Positions 19,702 to 29,550 are shown, numbered from the stretch's first letter. The stretch: 64,000 nt of DNA from Bdellovibrionales bacterium (GCA_965204055.1 OZ241967.1:1186126-1250125), one strand, 5' to 3'. The notes: generated from the letters alone by a model not told the origin. Made by a program: numbers and translations.

Positions 19702-20214
19702 ATGTTTAAGAAAATGTTTAAGAAAAAAGGATTTACCTTGATCGAAATTTTAGTGGCCCTGATTATTCTGACAGGAGCCACTGTTATTGTCTCTAAAATA
19801 TGGGTGAGCAACCGCCAAAGAATGACAAAAATTGAGACCTATCACAAAGTAGTTCAGCTGATGGAAAGCAAAATGTCTGAATTAGAATTTGAATGGCGAA
19901 AAATAAAATTTAACTCTATTCCTAAAGAGGTAAAAGGGAACTTTAAAGAAGAAAAATATTTTTCATGGACCGTTAAAACCAGACCTCTTAAACTACCTGA
20001 CCCGAAACATCTACTTAATTTGTTTGGACAAAACCAAAGCCAGGGAGTAGCCCTTCAGGTGGCCCAGGTAACCACCGATTTTTTATCCCAAGCCGTTTTA
20101 GAAACTAAACTCACTATCCACTACCAGAAAGGAAAACTGAAAAATGCCTACTCTTTAACTACTTATATGGTGGATCACACTAAAAGCATTTCTATGCCGG
20201 GAGGCGGGCCTTAG
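19702..20214 (+). CDS. minor pseudopilin (GspI-like)
   Basis: MFKKMFKKKG|FTLIEILVALIIL; 170 aa; gene order. Confidence 0.65.
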   Translation: MFKKMFKKKGFTLIEILVALIILTGATVIVSKIWVSNRQRMTKIETYHKVVQLMESKMSELEFEWRKIKFNSIPKEVKGNFKEEKYFSWTVKTRPLKLPDPKHLLNLFGQNQSQGVALQVAQVTTDFLSQAVLETKLTIHYQKGKLKNAYSLTTYMVDHTKSISMPGGGP

Positions 20215-20255
20215 TCTTAGCTATAAAACTTAACTTCAAAAAAGGAGCAAAAACC

Positions 20256-21152
20256 TTGAAACAAAATAACTTAAATAAGACCATTATAAAACATAATAAA
20301 AAAGGGCTGACTTTATTAGAAGTGCTGATTTCCCTTATTTTATTTACATTTATAGCTTTGTCCCTTACTCGCCTCACAAACAACTCTATTAAATACACGA
20401 AACGGGTCTCACAAAACATAAAAATTACAAAATTCAGCAGAAATGTTTTACAGATTATAAGAAAAGATATTCGAAATATCTTTTACACTCAGGATATGAA
20501 CAGCGTGGCACATATATCCTTTAGAAAAGAAAATTCTCTACCTCCCCCTCTTTCAAATAACGAAAGATCAACCCGAAGATCCACATACAGGCAAAGGCAG
20601 AAACAAGAACAAGAAAAACAGCTTACCGAATTTGAAATTACTGAAATGGAACCCTATATGCAGAAGGCCCCTATTCTTTCTGCTGGAGTAAATGGCACAG
20701 AAGACCAGCTAAGTATAAGCTCTCTTTCTTGGACACGAAATCGGGAAAACGAAAAAACTGGTGATCAAAACTTAATTGTTTATTATCTTAAAAATTGTAA
20801 AAGCCGAACAAAAAAACAAGAAAAAAGCCAAGCAAAGAACCAGGCACAAGATAAAAAGTCCCTTTGTTTATGGAAAAAAGTCTCTACTATGATCAACCAG
20901 GACTTAGAGGATTTAAAGTTTTCCACAGAATTTGTGCTTTTAGAAAAGGTAAAAAAATTCCATTTATCTTACTATAACATGTATAGCAGTGAGTGGAAAA
21001 AGGAATGGAAAACAGGCCCTAAAGATAAAAATAATTTACCTTCTGCGATTCACATAACAATAGAATTTGAAAATCAGAAAAAACAAATTGTCCAACAAGA
21101 AACCCACTTGGTGTTGAATCAGCAAACATTAATCCCCCCCACAGGAAAATAA
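20256..21152 (+). CDS. minor pseudopilin (GspJ-like)
   Basis: KKG|LTLLEVLISLILF motif; 298 aa; gene order. Confidence 0.6.
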   Translation: MKQNNLNKTIIKHNKKGLTLLEVLISLILFTFIALSLTRLTNNSIKYTKRVSQNIKITKFSRNVLQIIRKDIRNIFYTQDMNSVAHISFRKENSLPPPLSNNERSTRRSTYRQRQKQEQEKQLTEFEITEMEPYMQKAPILSAGVNGTEDQLSISSLSWTRNRENEKTGDQNLIVYYLKNCKSRTKKQEKSQAKNQAQDKKSLCLWKKVSTMINQDLEDLKFSTEFVLLEKVKKFHLSYYNMYSSEWKKEWKTGPKDKNNLPSAIHITIEFENQKKQIVQQETHLVLNQQTLIPPTGK

Positions 21153-21176
21153 AACTGGTCTAAAAGAGTTAATAAA

Positions 21177-22544
21177 ATGAAACTATCTTTATATAAGAAA
21201 AATCAAAAAAGCAAAGCTTTACATAGCCTGCAACATGCTAAAAGCTGGAGATTATTTCTGTTCGAAAAAAATCAAAAAGGCATGGCTCTTATAATGGTTA
21301 TTTCCACCATAATATTTATCATTTTATTGATACAGGAAACTGTTTTTGAAACACAAATAGAATATCGCTCAGCGGTAGCGGAGTTAAACTCTCTAAGAGC
21401 TTACTATTCCGCTAAAGCGGGAATGGAAGTAAACCTGTTAAGAGTAAACACTTATGTCAAGTTACACAAACAACATGGAAACAAAATAGAACCTTTTCGA
21501 TCTTATGTAGATCTTATTTGGAAAATTCCTTTTGTATGGCCTCCCCCTGCCAGTAAACACATGGACTCTATAAGTTCAGGAGAGCTTTCTAAATTAACAG
21601 AAGACTCTTTTATGCAATCCACCCATTTTATGGCCACCATTGAACCAGAAAACAGCAGAATTGATATTAATGACCTGGCTTCTCCTATTCCCTCTCTTAG
21701 AAAATGGACCTTCCAAGTTCTTTATCGCCTCATTTACCACTTGCAAACCAATGATAAAAAACTGGCCTCTGTAATGGACCCATCAGATATTAGTGAAATT
21801 TTACACAACATAAAAGACTGGGCTGATCCGGATACCCACCGCAAAGGAAACAGCTCTGACTCAGAAAGCCAACTATATGATAAGGTAGGCTACCCTCCTA
21901 ATCGCTCTTTTTTTACCATAGAAGAGCTAAACCAGGTAGCGGGAATGTCTGATACTCTTTATAAAGCCCTTGAACCATTTATTACTGTATACGGCGAAAA
22001 AGGCTTAAATATAAACACAGCCCCTGTAGAGCTTTTACAAGCCTTACATGATGAGTTTCCAAAAGAGCTGGCAGAAGGAATAGCAAAACTTACAAATAAT
22101 CCAGCCGATCCCTTTTTGTTTACAAAAAAAGAAGATTTTTCCAAATTTTTAAAGGCAGAAGGAATGGAAGGGCTGGAACAAGCTTTATTTCCAAAAAATC
22201 CGCAAAGACAGCCAAAAAACGAAGAGTCTATTTCTTATATTCAATTTTCTGCTCCGCATAATTTTAGAATAAACAGCACGGGCCTTGCTGGAAACAGCCA
22301 AAAGACCCTTACAGCAACCTATTTCCACACCCCTGCCTTTACAACCCGTTTTAAGAAGCTAATGAAAGAGGAAAAAGAAAGGGAAAAAAAACGAATTTTA
22401 GCCCAAAGCCAGATCCATCAATCTCCCCCCCCCGGTTCCCAACCACCTCAAAGACCACAAAACCAACCTACAGGAGATAAATCCACCCCCACTTTTGATC
22501 GAAATTCATCCCCTACTATAATTTACTGGAAAGAAAGTTTTTAA
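21177..22544 (+). CDS. minor pseudopilin GspK-like
   Basis: KG|MALIMVISTIIFIILL without Glu+5 (as in GspK); internal LNINTAPVELLQAL motif; Pro-rich C-terminus. Confidence 0.65.
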   Translation: MKLSLYKKNQKSKALHSLQHAKSWRLFLFEKNQKGMALIMVISTIIFIILLIQETVFETQIEYRSAVAELNSLRAYYSAKAGMEVNLLRVNTYVKLHKQHGNKIEPFRSYVDLIWKIPFVWPPPASKHMDSISSGELSKLTEDSFMQSTHFMATIEPENSRIDINDLASPIPSLRKWTFQVLYRLIYHLQTNDKKLASVMDPSDISEILHNIKDWADPDTHRKGNSSDSESQLYDKVGYPPNRSFFTIEELNQVAGMSDTLYKALEPFITVYGEKGLNINTAPVELLQALHDEFPKELAEGIAKLTNNPADPFLFTKKEDFSKFLKAEGMEGLEQALFPKNPQRQPKNEESISYIQFSAPHNFRINSTGLAGNSQKTLTATYFHTPAFTTRFKKLMKEEKEREKKRILAQSQIHQSPPPGSQPPQRPQNQPTGDKSTPTFDRNSSPTIIYWKESF

Positions 22545-22592
22545 AAAGATAATATAATAAGCTATTAAGATACTAACCAAAAGGAGGTTCTT

Positions 22593-24314
22593 TTGATTTT
22601 CGTAGGTGTGGATATAGGCTCCTCAGCTGTAAAAGCCGTAGCTATTAAAAAAACCAAAAAAAGCTTTGATATTCTGCAAACCCATTTTTTCCCCATTAAA
22701 GTGGACGAAAGTGAAGAACAAAAACAACTGCTTATATCCACACATTTAAAAGCTCTTACTAATTTATATCAACCCAGAGAAACAAAATATATTTTTTCTT
22801 TTTCCCAAAATGAAGTAAGCACAGAAAAACTTCTTTTCCCTTTCAAGGAGCGATATAAAATACTAAAAAGCCTTCCCTATCAAATGGAAGATAAGCTTTC
22901 CCTGTTTGACCACAAACAGATGATCTCTGATATTAAACTCGGAGAGCTTTCAGAGGACAAAAGAGCGGTCTTGGTTTTTTCCGTCTTTAAGGAAAATGTT
23001 TCCCAACTCCTGAAGGAAGTAAAATCCGTAGGAGCAGAACCTTTTATTGTGACCTGCGAAGCCTCTGCCACAGCTAATTTGTTTTTAGCCCAAAAAAAAG
23101 AGGACCCAGCAAAAAAACGCAAAACCCCTAAAATAGAAAACACAAGTCAGGAACCTCAAACAACGGACAACTGTTTGTATTTAAAGATTGGCCACACGCA
23201 TACAATGGCTTTGCTTTTTTCAAGAGACTACTTACAAAATGTATATAGTTTTGAATGGGGAGTTTCTGACTGTATAAGGAAAATATCTTTAAAATATGAA
23301 ATTTCACTAAGCAAAGCTATGGATCAGTTTCGCGAAAAAGCTTTTGTTTTAACACAAACAAAAGGGTATACAGGCAGTCAAATCGAATTTGCTAAAATTA
23401 TTCAAGAGTCTTTCGAAAATTTAATTGATAAACTGCGTCTGGTTTTACTGCAAATAGAAGGAGAGAAAGGAAAGAGAAAATGTAAAAAAATATTGCTCTG
23501 TGGAGGGGGTGCGCAGGTGCGAAACCTACAGGCTTTGTTGTCTACTCGTTTAAATATTCCCGTGGCCCGAGTAGAACAATCCCCTCATTTGCCAAAATGG
23601 AATTTTAGAACCAATGAAATAAAACAAAACAACCTGATTACAGCTTTAGGAACAGCTATGGAAGGGCTGAAAAAAGCAAAAAATCCAGCCGTTAACTTTT
23701 TAAAAGAAGATTTTGCTGTTCAGTTTAACCCTTTTTCCTTTATAATGAACCAATGGAAAGAGCCTATAGCTTTAGCTGTAATGGTTTTGGTGCTGTTTTC
23801 CGGTTATTCTGCTTTAAGGAATCACCAATCTAAAGAGTTATCTCAAAAAACAGATAAAATTTTTAAAAAATATTCTATGCAAATTGCGAAGTTGCGTCCT
23901 AAACAAATTAATATTGAAAGAGTCCAGCATTTTGTAAATAGCAAAAAACAGTGGCTGGAACAAACCCAGTTAGCAGATAGGCTGAACCGTTTTCCCTCGG
24001 CTTTAGACAAAATAAAACTTTTAAGCATTGCTATAAAAAAGCAACCTTCTTGGAATTTAAAAATTCAGGATCTAAATATTACTGGCAATAATATAAAAAT
24101 AGAAGGAAGCATCTCTTCCCTCTATATTGAGGTGTTAGAAAAAAAATTGATGGGTTTAGCCATCATTAGTAGTTTTAAAAAATCACTCAACACAACAAAA
24201 CCAACGGCAAAAAATCCTGTGATAAAAGAAACAAACCTGGGAGAAAAAAAACCAAGTAAGGAAAAACAAGGTATAACATATTTTAAATACTCATTTACCC
24301 AAAAACAAAGCTAA
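22593..24314 (+). CDS. GspL/PilM-like assembly protein (actin-like ATPase fold plus TM segment)
   Basis: N-terminal IFVGVDIGSSAVKAVAI (actin/Hsp70-fold phosphate-1 motif), LLCGGGAQV, one TM helix ~aa 400; position after gspK. Confidence 0.5.
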   Translation: MIFVGVDIGSSAVKAVAIKKTKKSFDILQTHFFPIKVDESEEQKQLLISTHLKALTNLYQPRETKYIFSFSQNEVSTEKLLFPFKERYKILKSLPYQMEDKLSLFDHKQMISDIKLGELSEDKRAVLVFSVFKENVSQLLKEVKSVGAEPFIVTCEASATANLFLAQKKEDPAKKRKTPKIENTSQEPQTTDNCLYLKIGHTHTMALLFSRDYLQNVYSFEWGVSDCIRKISLKYEISLSKAMDQFREKAFVLTQTKGYTGSQIEFAKIIQESFENLIDKLRLVLLQIEGEKGKRKCKKILLCGGGAQVRNLQALLSTRLNIPVARVEQSPHLPKWNFRTNEIKQNNLITALGTAMEGLKKAKNPAVNFLKEDFAVQFNPFSFIMNQWKEPIALAVMVLVLFSGYSALRNHQSKELSQKTDKIFKKYSMQIAKLRPKQINIERVQHFVNSKKQWLEQTQLADRLNRFPSALDKIKLLSIAIKKQPSWNLKIQDLNITGNNIKIEGSISSLYIEVLEKKLMGLAIISSFKKSLNTTKPTAKNPVIKETNLGEKKPSKEKQGITYFKYSFTQKQS

Positions 24315-24408
24315 ACCAAACTGGTTTTGAAAAGGGCGCACCTCCAAAAGCTTTGCCCCCTATCAATCAAAACCAGAAAGTAGGAGTTTTTAAATACAGA
24401 GCAGGATA

Positions 24409-25602
24409 ATGGACTTAAGTAATTTTAAAGACACTTGTGTCAATGGATATAAAAACTTTCACAACTCGGTTGTGAACAGTTCAGCTTTTTATTTTCTAAA
24501 AGAAAAATATGATCATTTGACGCCTCTTTCCCGCAAAATCATTCAATGGGGGGGAGGGATTTTTGTGGTATGTATCCTGCTGTATTATCCTGTTTCTCAT
24601 CTCTATTCCTCCTGGAAAAATATGAAAGACTTTAAAACAAAAAACACGCTCACAAAAGATTTAATAGAGCTATCCACAGCAGGTCGATTAAGGGCAACCC
24701 CCTCAAACACTACCAGTCGAGATCCCGTTCGGTTTATCAGACAAAAAATACCCACCCTTCAAATACCTAAAGAAAAAATAGGGGAAATAAAAATAGAAAA
24801 AAACACTGTCCTTCCAGAAAATTTCTCTTTTTCTGGAACAGTAAAGACGGTGGCCGTAAAAATAAAAGACCTTAATTTAAAGGAAGTTATCCAGTACGGA
24901 CACCGACTGGAACACACCTCAGGAAATATTAAGCTAATGGATATTCATATCACGGAAAATCCAGAAAAAAGCAAACAGTTTAATGTTTCTTATATTTTAA
25001 GCTTTTTTAACCTCAACACACAGAGTACGAAGGACAAATTAACCCGCAAAGTCCAAAAAGATAAACTAATCAGAAAGGCACGACAAAAAAATAAATTAAC
25101 CCGTCCAGCACGAAAAAATATAGAAAATAAATTAACCCGTCCAGCACAGGGAGATAAATTAAAAATCATCCCCTCTTCTAATAAGAATCTTCCGCACCCA
25201 ATTATAAAACAAAGTAACTCAAAAAAGACTGAGGATAAAAAGCCAGATCCTACTCTTCCTCTTCCCCCTGATCTTTCATCTAAAAAAGACCCTATCCCAC
25301 TGTTAGATCTAAAAAAGGTTCCAAAAAACGACACTTCTTTTAAAAATCAACCAAGCGAGGTAAAAAGGAAAGATCTTCTACCTGTTGTTAACCCAATACC
25401 AGAACCTCCTGCCATTGACGATACCACACCCTCTATAAAAAAAGAACCTCCTGCCATTGACGATACCACACCCTCTATAAAAAAAGAACCTCCTGCCATT
25501 GACGACACCACACCCTCTATAAAAAAAGAACCTCCTGCCATTGACGACACCACACCCTCTGTAAAAAAAGAACCTCGGACAATAGAAAAAAAAGAAAAAT
25601 AA
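24409..25602 (+). CDS. bitopic membrane protein (GspM/PilO position) with a Pro-rich C-terminus containing 4 x 14-aa repeats
   Basis: Single TM (GGIFVVCILLYYPV); 42-bp in-frame repeats (EPPAIDDTTPSIKK) at 25402-25575. Confidence 0.35.
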   Translation: MDLSNFKDTCVNGYKNFHNSVVNSSAFYFLKEKYDHLTPLSRKIIQWGGGIFVVCILLYYPVSHLYSSWKNMKDFKTKNTLTKDLIELSTAGRLRATPSNTTSRDPVRFIRQKIPTLQIPKEKIGEIKIEKNTVLPENFSFSGTVKTVAVKIKDLNLKEVIQYGHRLEHTSGNIKLMDIHITENPEKSKQFNVSYILSFFNLNTQSTKDKLTRKVQKDKLIRKARQKNKLTRPARKNIENKLTRPAQGDKLKIIPSSNKNLPHPIIKQSNSKKTEDKKPDPTLPLPPDLSSKKDPIPLLDLKKVPKNDTSFKNQPSEVKRKDLLPVVNPIPEPPAIDDTTPSIKKEPPAIDDTTPSIKKEPPAIDDTTPSIKKEPPAIDDTTPSVKKEPRTIEKKEK

Positions 25603-25605
25603 AAA

Positions 25606-26664
25606 ATGAAAGTATTAAATAAATACATTAAAAAAATTTATACACTCTTAAAAGAACATAAAAGCAAATGGTTGGCTTTAATCGTATTGTCCTTGGTGTT
25701 TTTTCTTATCCTATTTCCTTATGAGTCCGCTGTGCTATATTTAACAAGCCAGATCAATAAACAAACAAAGTCTGCCATTCAGCTACAATACGACAGTTTT
25801 GCTATTTATCCCTTAGGGCCAACTCTGGTATTTAAAAATCCCAAAATTTTTATAGCAGGAAAGCAAAGAGCCTTTACAGCACACCAATTAAGCCTCAAGC
25901 CTTCTTACAAATCCTTGTTACAATTAAAACCAGGAGGAATTATTACCATCCGTTGGAAGAAAAATGCCCTACTGAGCTTAATTATTCGAAAAACAAAAAT
26001 TAAAAGAAAAAACCCAGGATGGCTACTTCAAGTAAGTACTCAAAACTTTAACCCTTTATTTCTCAGCGCATTTTTCCCTGTCTTGTCAAAAACAGAAGGA
26101 AAAATAAATATCTCTATGGAAGTTTTTTTAGATCCTCTTTTTGAAGTTCAACCAAAAGGGTTTTGGAATATAGAAGGAAACAATATTCAAAGTCGCATAT
26201 CCTCTTATACCATTCCCAACAATCCCACTTTTGGAACTATCATGTTCCCCTATTTTAAGTGGAGCCAATTTCGTTCAAACGGACAAATAAAAAACGGAGA
26301 AATTACCATTTCTGATCTTTCTCTTGGGAAAAAAAAAGACACTTCTCAAATAAAACTCAGAGGGGTTGTATTTATCGACTTAAAAAAACACACTGTATCA
26401 AAACGAATTAAACCACAGCTAAGGAGCTATAATATTGGTTTAGATATGTTAATGAGCACTCATCTAAAAAACCAATTTTATCCCTCTTTAGATATATTGC
26501 TTTCCAAAATTGGATCTAAAACTCCACAAGGCTGGCACTATTTGGGCCTTATAAACGGTGCCCGTTTTTCCATTCCTCGTTTTTCTCCTGTCTCCAAATT
26601 ACCTACTTTACAGGAAATACAAAATCCAACAGGAGAAGAAGAATCAAAATTAGAAAATCTTTAA
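25606..26664 (+). CDS. membrane-anchored protein in the GspN position
   Basis: 352 aa; N-terminal TM (WLALIVLSLVFFLILF); last gene of the co-oriented cluster; assignment by position only. Confidence 0.35.
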   Translation: MKVLNKYIKKIYTLLKEHKSKWLALIVLSLVFFLILFPYESAVLYLTSQINKQTKSAIQLQYDSFAIYPLGPTLVFKNPKIFIAGKQRAFTAHQLSLKPSYKSLLQLKPGGIITIRWKKNALLSLIIRKTKIKRKNPGWLLQVSTQNFNPLFLSAFFPVLSKTEGKINISMEVFLDPLFEVQPKGFWNIEGNNIQSRISSYTIPNNPTFGTIMFPYFKWSQFRSNGQIKNGEITISDLSLGKKKDTSQIKLRGVVFIDLKKHTVSKRIKPQLRSYNIGLDMLMSTHLKNQFYPSLDILLSKIGSKTPQGWHYLGLINGARFSIPRFSPVSKLPTLQEIQNPTGEEESKLENL

Positions 26665-26678
26665 ACTAAGGCTTAAAT

Positions 26679-26822
26679 ACGCACGCACCCACGCACGCAC
26701 CCACGCACGCACCCACGCACGCACCCACTCACTCACGCACGCACGCACCCACGCACGCACGCACGCACCCACGCACGCACGCACTCACTCATTCACTCAC
26801 TCACTCACTCACCCGCTCACTC
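26679..26822. repeat. C/A-rich tetranucleotide-type microsatellite (CACG/CACC/CACT)n
   Basis: ~144 bp of cacgcacgcaccca... then cactcactcact..., between convergent genes and forming the last codons and stop of tatD. Confidence 0.9.
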
Positions 26823-27589
26823 AAAAAAAGAGATCTGTAATTATTTTGGGTCTGTTGAGATAATTCCCATAAAGAAATTTTATGAATTTCTGCCACCACT
26901 TTTGCCGTGTGCAAAACCCAAGCGGGTTTATTTTGCTTTCCCCTGTATGGCACAGGAGCGAGATAGGGAGCATCTGTTTCCAAGTGTAGGCGATCCAAAG
27001 GAATTTTTCCACAAACTTCTCTTAAATCTCCCGCTTTTTTAAAAGTCACAATACCACTAAAAGAGATATTAAATCCCAAGTCCAAAGCAGAACGAGCAAG
27101 CTCCCAAGTTCCCGAAAAACAATGCAAGAGACCTCGGACAGAACCTCTAAATTCTTTTAATATAGCCTTTGTGTCTTCTTCGGCGGCGCGGGTATGAATT
27201 TCCACAGGCTTATTTTCCTCCTTGGCTAAAGTCATTTGCCTGTAAAAAGCCTCTTTTTGTTTTTCTCTGTCTGAATATTCATAATAATAATCCAGCCCTA
27301 TTTCTCCACAAGAAATAATGCCCTCTTCTTTTAAACCTGAGCTTAAAATTTTTTCCACTTCATTATTATACAGTTTTGCAGAATGAGGGTGCAGACCTAA
27401 AGCTCCTTTTACCTGAGGAAAAGTTTTGGAAAATTTTAAAACTTGTCCCCAATCCTCTGGTTCTGTACCAATAGTGATTATATTTTTGACACCCGCCTGA
27501 TCGGCCTCTGTTACCGCAGACTGAGCAGGAATGTCCAGCATATTCAAATGTGTATGCACATCTGTCCACTCTGACGTTTTATCAATCAT
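26801..27589 (-). CDS. tatD: TatD-family metal-dependent hydrolase/DNase
   Basis: 262 aa; DVHTHL N-terminal motif, GEIGLDYYY, HTRAAEEDT, HCFSG, ETDAPYLAPVPYRGK motifs. Confidence 0.85.
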   Translation of the reverse strand: MIDKTSEWTDVHTHLNMLDIPAQSAVTEADQAGVKNIITIGTEPEDWGQVLKFSKTFPQVKGALGLHPHSAKLYNNEVEKILSSGLKEEGIISCGEIGLDYYYEYSDREKQKEAFYRQMTLAKEENKPVEIHTRAAEEDTKAILKEFRGSVRGLLHCFSGTWELARSALDLGFNISFSGIVTFKKAGDLREVCGKIPLDRLHLETDAPYLAPVPYRGKQNKPAWVLHTAKVVAEIHKISLWELSQQTQNNYRSLFLSERVSE

Positions 27590-27727
27590 TATGACGGCTC
27601 CCTTGATTTTTTACTGAACTTCCCTTTAGATAATGCTTTTGACTGCGCATAAGACACCCCCTCTTGACTATTGACATTAAGTGGTATTATAATAATAGGC
27701 CTTGTTTGCTCTACTGCAACAAATTTT

Positions 27728-27804
27728 GGGGTGGTGGTCTAGTTGGTTAGGACGCCGGCCTGTCACGCTGGAGATCGCGGGTTCGAGCCCCGTCCACCCC
27801 GCCA
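27728..27804 (+). tRNA. tRNA-Asp (anticodon GTC), CCA encoded
   Basis: Manual cloverleaf: acceptor GGGGTGG/CCACCCC, anticodon stem CCGGC/GCTGG with loop CTGTCAC, T-arm GCGGG-TTCGAGC-CCCGT, discriminator G plus CCA, then a T-run. Confidence 0.9.
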
Positions 27805-27900
27805 GTTTTTTTCTAAATTACTGAAATTACTAATGTTTTTCATATTTTTCATAGTGATTTTTTAAACCCGAAATAACTTTACTTGCCTGTATCAAATAGT

Positions 27901-28115
27901 TGTCCGTAAAAAACCTCTGATTAAACGCGCGGTAAACTGTGGCTTGTCTGCATCAGAACATTGTCTATGAAAAACCTCTGATTAAACGCGCGGTAAACCC
28001 TTTGCATAATCAAAATCAAATAATATATGTCTATGAAAAACCTCTGATTAAACGCGCCACGGTAAACCTGTTGTGTTGCATAAAATATATGTCTGTGAAA
28101 AACCTCTGATTAAAC
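27901..28115. repeat. 4 direct copies of a 37-40-nt unit (TGTCTATGAAAAACCTCTGATTAAACGCGCGGTAAAC) separated by 22-29 nt
   Basis: Units at 27901-27937, 27962-27998, 28028-28067 (3-nt insertion) and 28090-28115 (truncated); the unit starts like the MITE terminus GTCCGTGAAAAACCTC; the interspersed segments resemble each other. Confidence 0.85.
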
Positions 28116-28129
28116 AGGTTATCCTTCTT

Positions 28130-28513
28130 CTACTCCTCATTCACTTTCTCTTGGCTTGGTTTAATACCGCCGTTTGGTTCCGGTTCTTGTTCCTTTGCTT
28201 GTTCCTGGTCTCGTTCCTTTGCTTGTTCCTGGTCTCGTTCCTTTGCTTGTTCCTGGTCTCGTTCCTTTGCTTGTTCCTGGTCTCGTTCCTTTTCCTTTTG
28301 CTTTATACATTGATCTAATTTTTTAGCTTTTTCTTTTTTCCACTCCTTTTCCAGACCCTGCACTAAAGATTGGCATTGATAATAATGCCTATAATGAACA
28401 TCACACCAAGCCACAGAGAAACAGAAAGCAATTATAGCAAGAATACCTATTATGGTCATTATCCAAGGATAATCAAAGATTGTTTTTTTCTCAGAAATAG
28501 TATCTTTACCCAT
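28130..28513 (-). CDS. small membrane protein with 4 x KERDQEQA repeats
   Basis: 127 aa; one TM (WIMTIIGILAIIAFCFSVAW); 24-bp in-frame repeats ~28186-28290; weak SD; strand chosen over the antisense ORF 28073..28318. Confidence 0.45.
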   Translation of the reverse strand: MGKDTISEKKTIFDYPWIMTIIGILAIIAFCFSVAWCDVHYRHYYQCQSLVQGLEKEWKKEKAKKLDQCIKQKEKERDQEQAKERDQEQAKERDQEQAKERDQEQAKEQEPEPNGGIKPSQEKVNEE

Positions 28514-28602
28514 CGTTTTTTCCTTTTTTAGTTTTTTATAATCCGGGACTCATTTTCATCTTTCTTTTATCATAGCAAAAATTCCAACTCTCTTCCTTTT
28601 AA

Positions 28603-28949
28603 TTAGTCCCCCGTGATAAAGTGTTTTTTCCCCGCCAAACTAAAAACCAAATTGCCTTGGCAAACTAAAAACCAAATTGTCTTGGCAAACTAAAAACCAA
28701 ATTGCCTTGGCAAACTAAAAACCAAATTGCCTTGGCAAACTAAAAACCAAATTGCCTTGGCAAACTAAAAACCAAATTGCCTTGGCAAACTAAAAACCAA
28801 ATTGCCTTGGCAAACTAAAAACCAAATTGTTGGCTTTTTAGTCCTTAAAGGTGGGAATCCAGTACCTAAAATGAAAGCCAAAAGGGCTTTCAGCCTTTTT
28901 CAAGAAGGAATCCAGTCAAAATAACAACTTTTTTCACGGGCCACTATTT
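28603..28949. mobile_element. MITE-like element with an internal 25-bp x 8 tandem array
   Basis: Ends TTAGTCCCCCGTGATAAA ... TTTTTTCACGGGCCACTATTT are inverted repeats; the internal array CAAACTAAAAACCAAATTGCCTTGG runs at period 25 from 28636 to 28833. Confidence 0.6.
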
Positions 28950-29096
28950 AGTCCCCCGTGATAAACCTCATTCTCCTTCGCTGTCATACCTGCGAAAGCA
29001 GGTATCCAGAACCTAAAATGAAAGCCCAACGGGCTTTTAGCCTTTTTCAAGGGAGAATCCAGTCAAAATAACATACTTTTTCACGTTCCACTATTT
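28950..29096. mobile_element. MITE-like element (same family)
   Basis: AGTCCCCCGTGATAAACC ... CTTTTTCACGTTCCACTATTT inverted termini; internal hairpin ATACCTGC-GAAA-GCAGGTAT. Confidence 0.6.
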
Positions 29097-29550
29097 ATAA
29101 ATATTTATAAAGTAAACAACATTATCTACAGTTTATAAAGAAATACAATCCTTTGTTCTAAATTCTTTTGGATTTTTGACGCCTTGCGTAATCCTAACCT
29201 TGTAATTTCTTCACCTAAAGCCCTCTTTGTTGAACCCAATCCCAATTTAACTGTAGAAGGAAATCCAATTCATCCTGGTTTTTTAAACCATAAGCAGAAT
29301 AAACAAGAATTAAATCAAAAAAAAACTTATTCACACCCAACTCCTATGGATGACCGGTTTGTCAATAAAAAAAATCCTGCACCATGAAAGGCTTTATCAT
29401 CAACATCAAGCCCAACATACAGTATATTATTTTTCATTGGATGCCCTCCTTTATGTTAAAAGTTATATTTACCCTCCTTATATCTTATAAGAAGGGCAAC
29501 TTCACATATTAGAGTAACCAGCCCCAGAAAAGGTTGGTCATCCATATCTT

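Noticed and set aside
27901-28115. Possible CRISPR array (four 37-40-nt repeats with short intervening segments)
   Set aside because: The intervening segments are short (22-29 nt), unequal and similar to one another. Repeat 3 has an indel, and the repeat begins with the MITE terminus. No cas genes or leader are visible. It is better explained as a 60-66-bp tandem duplication.
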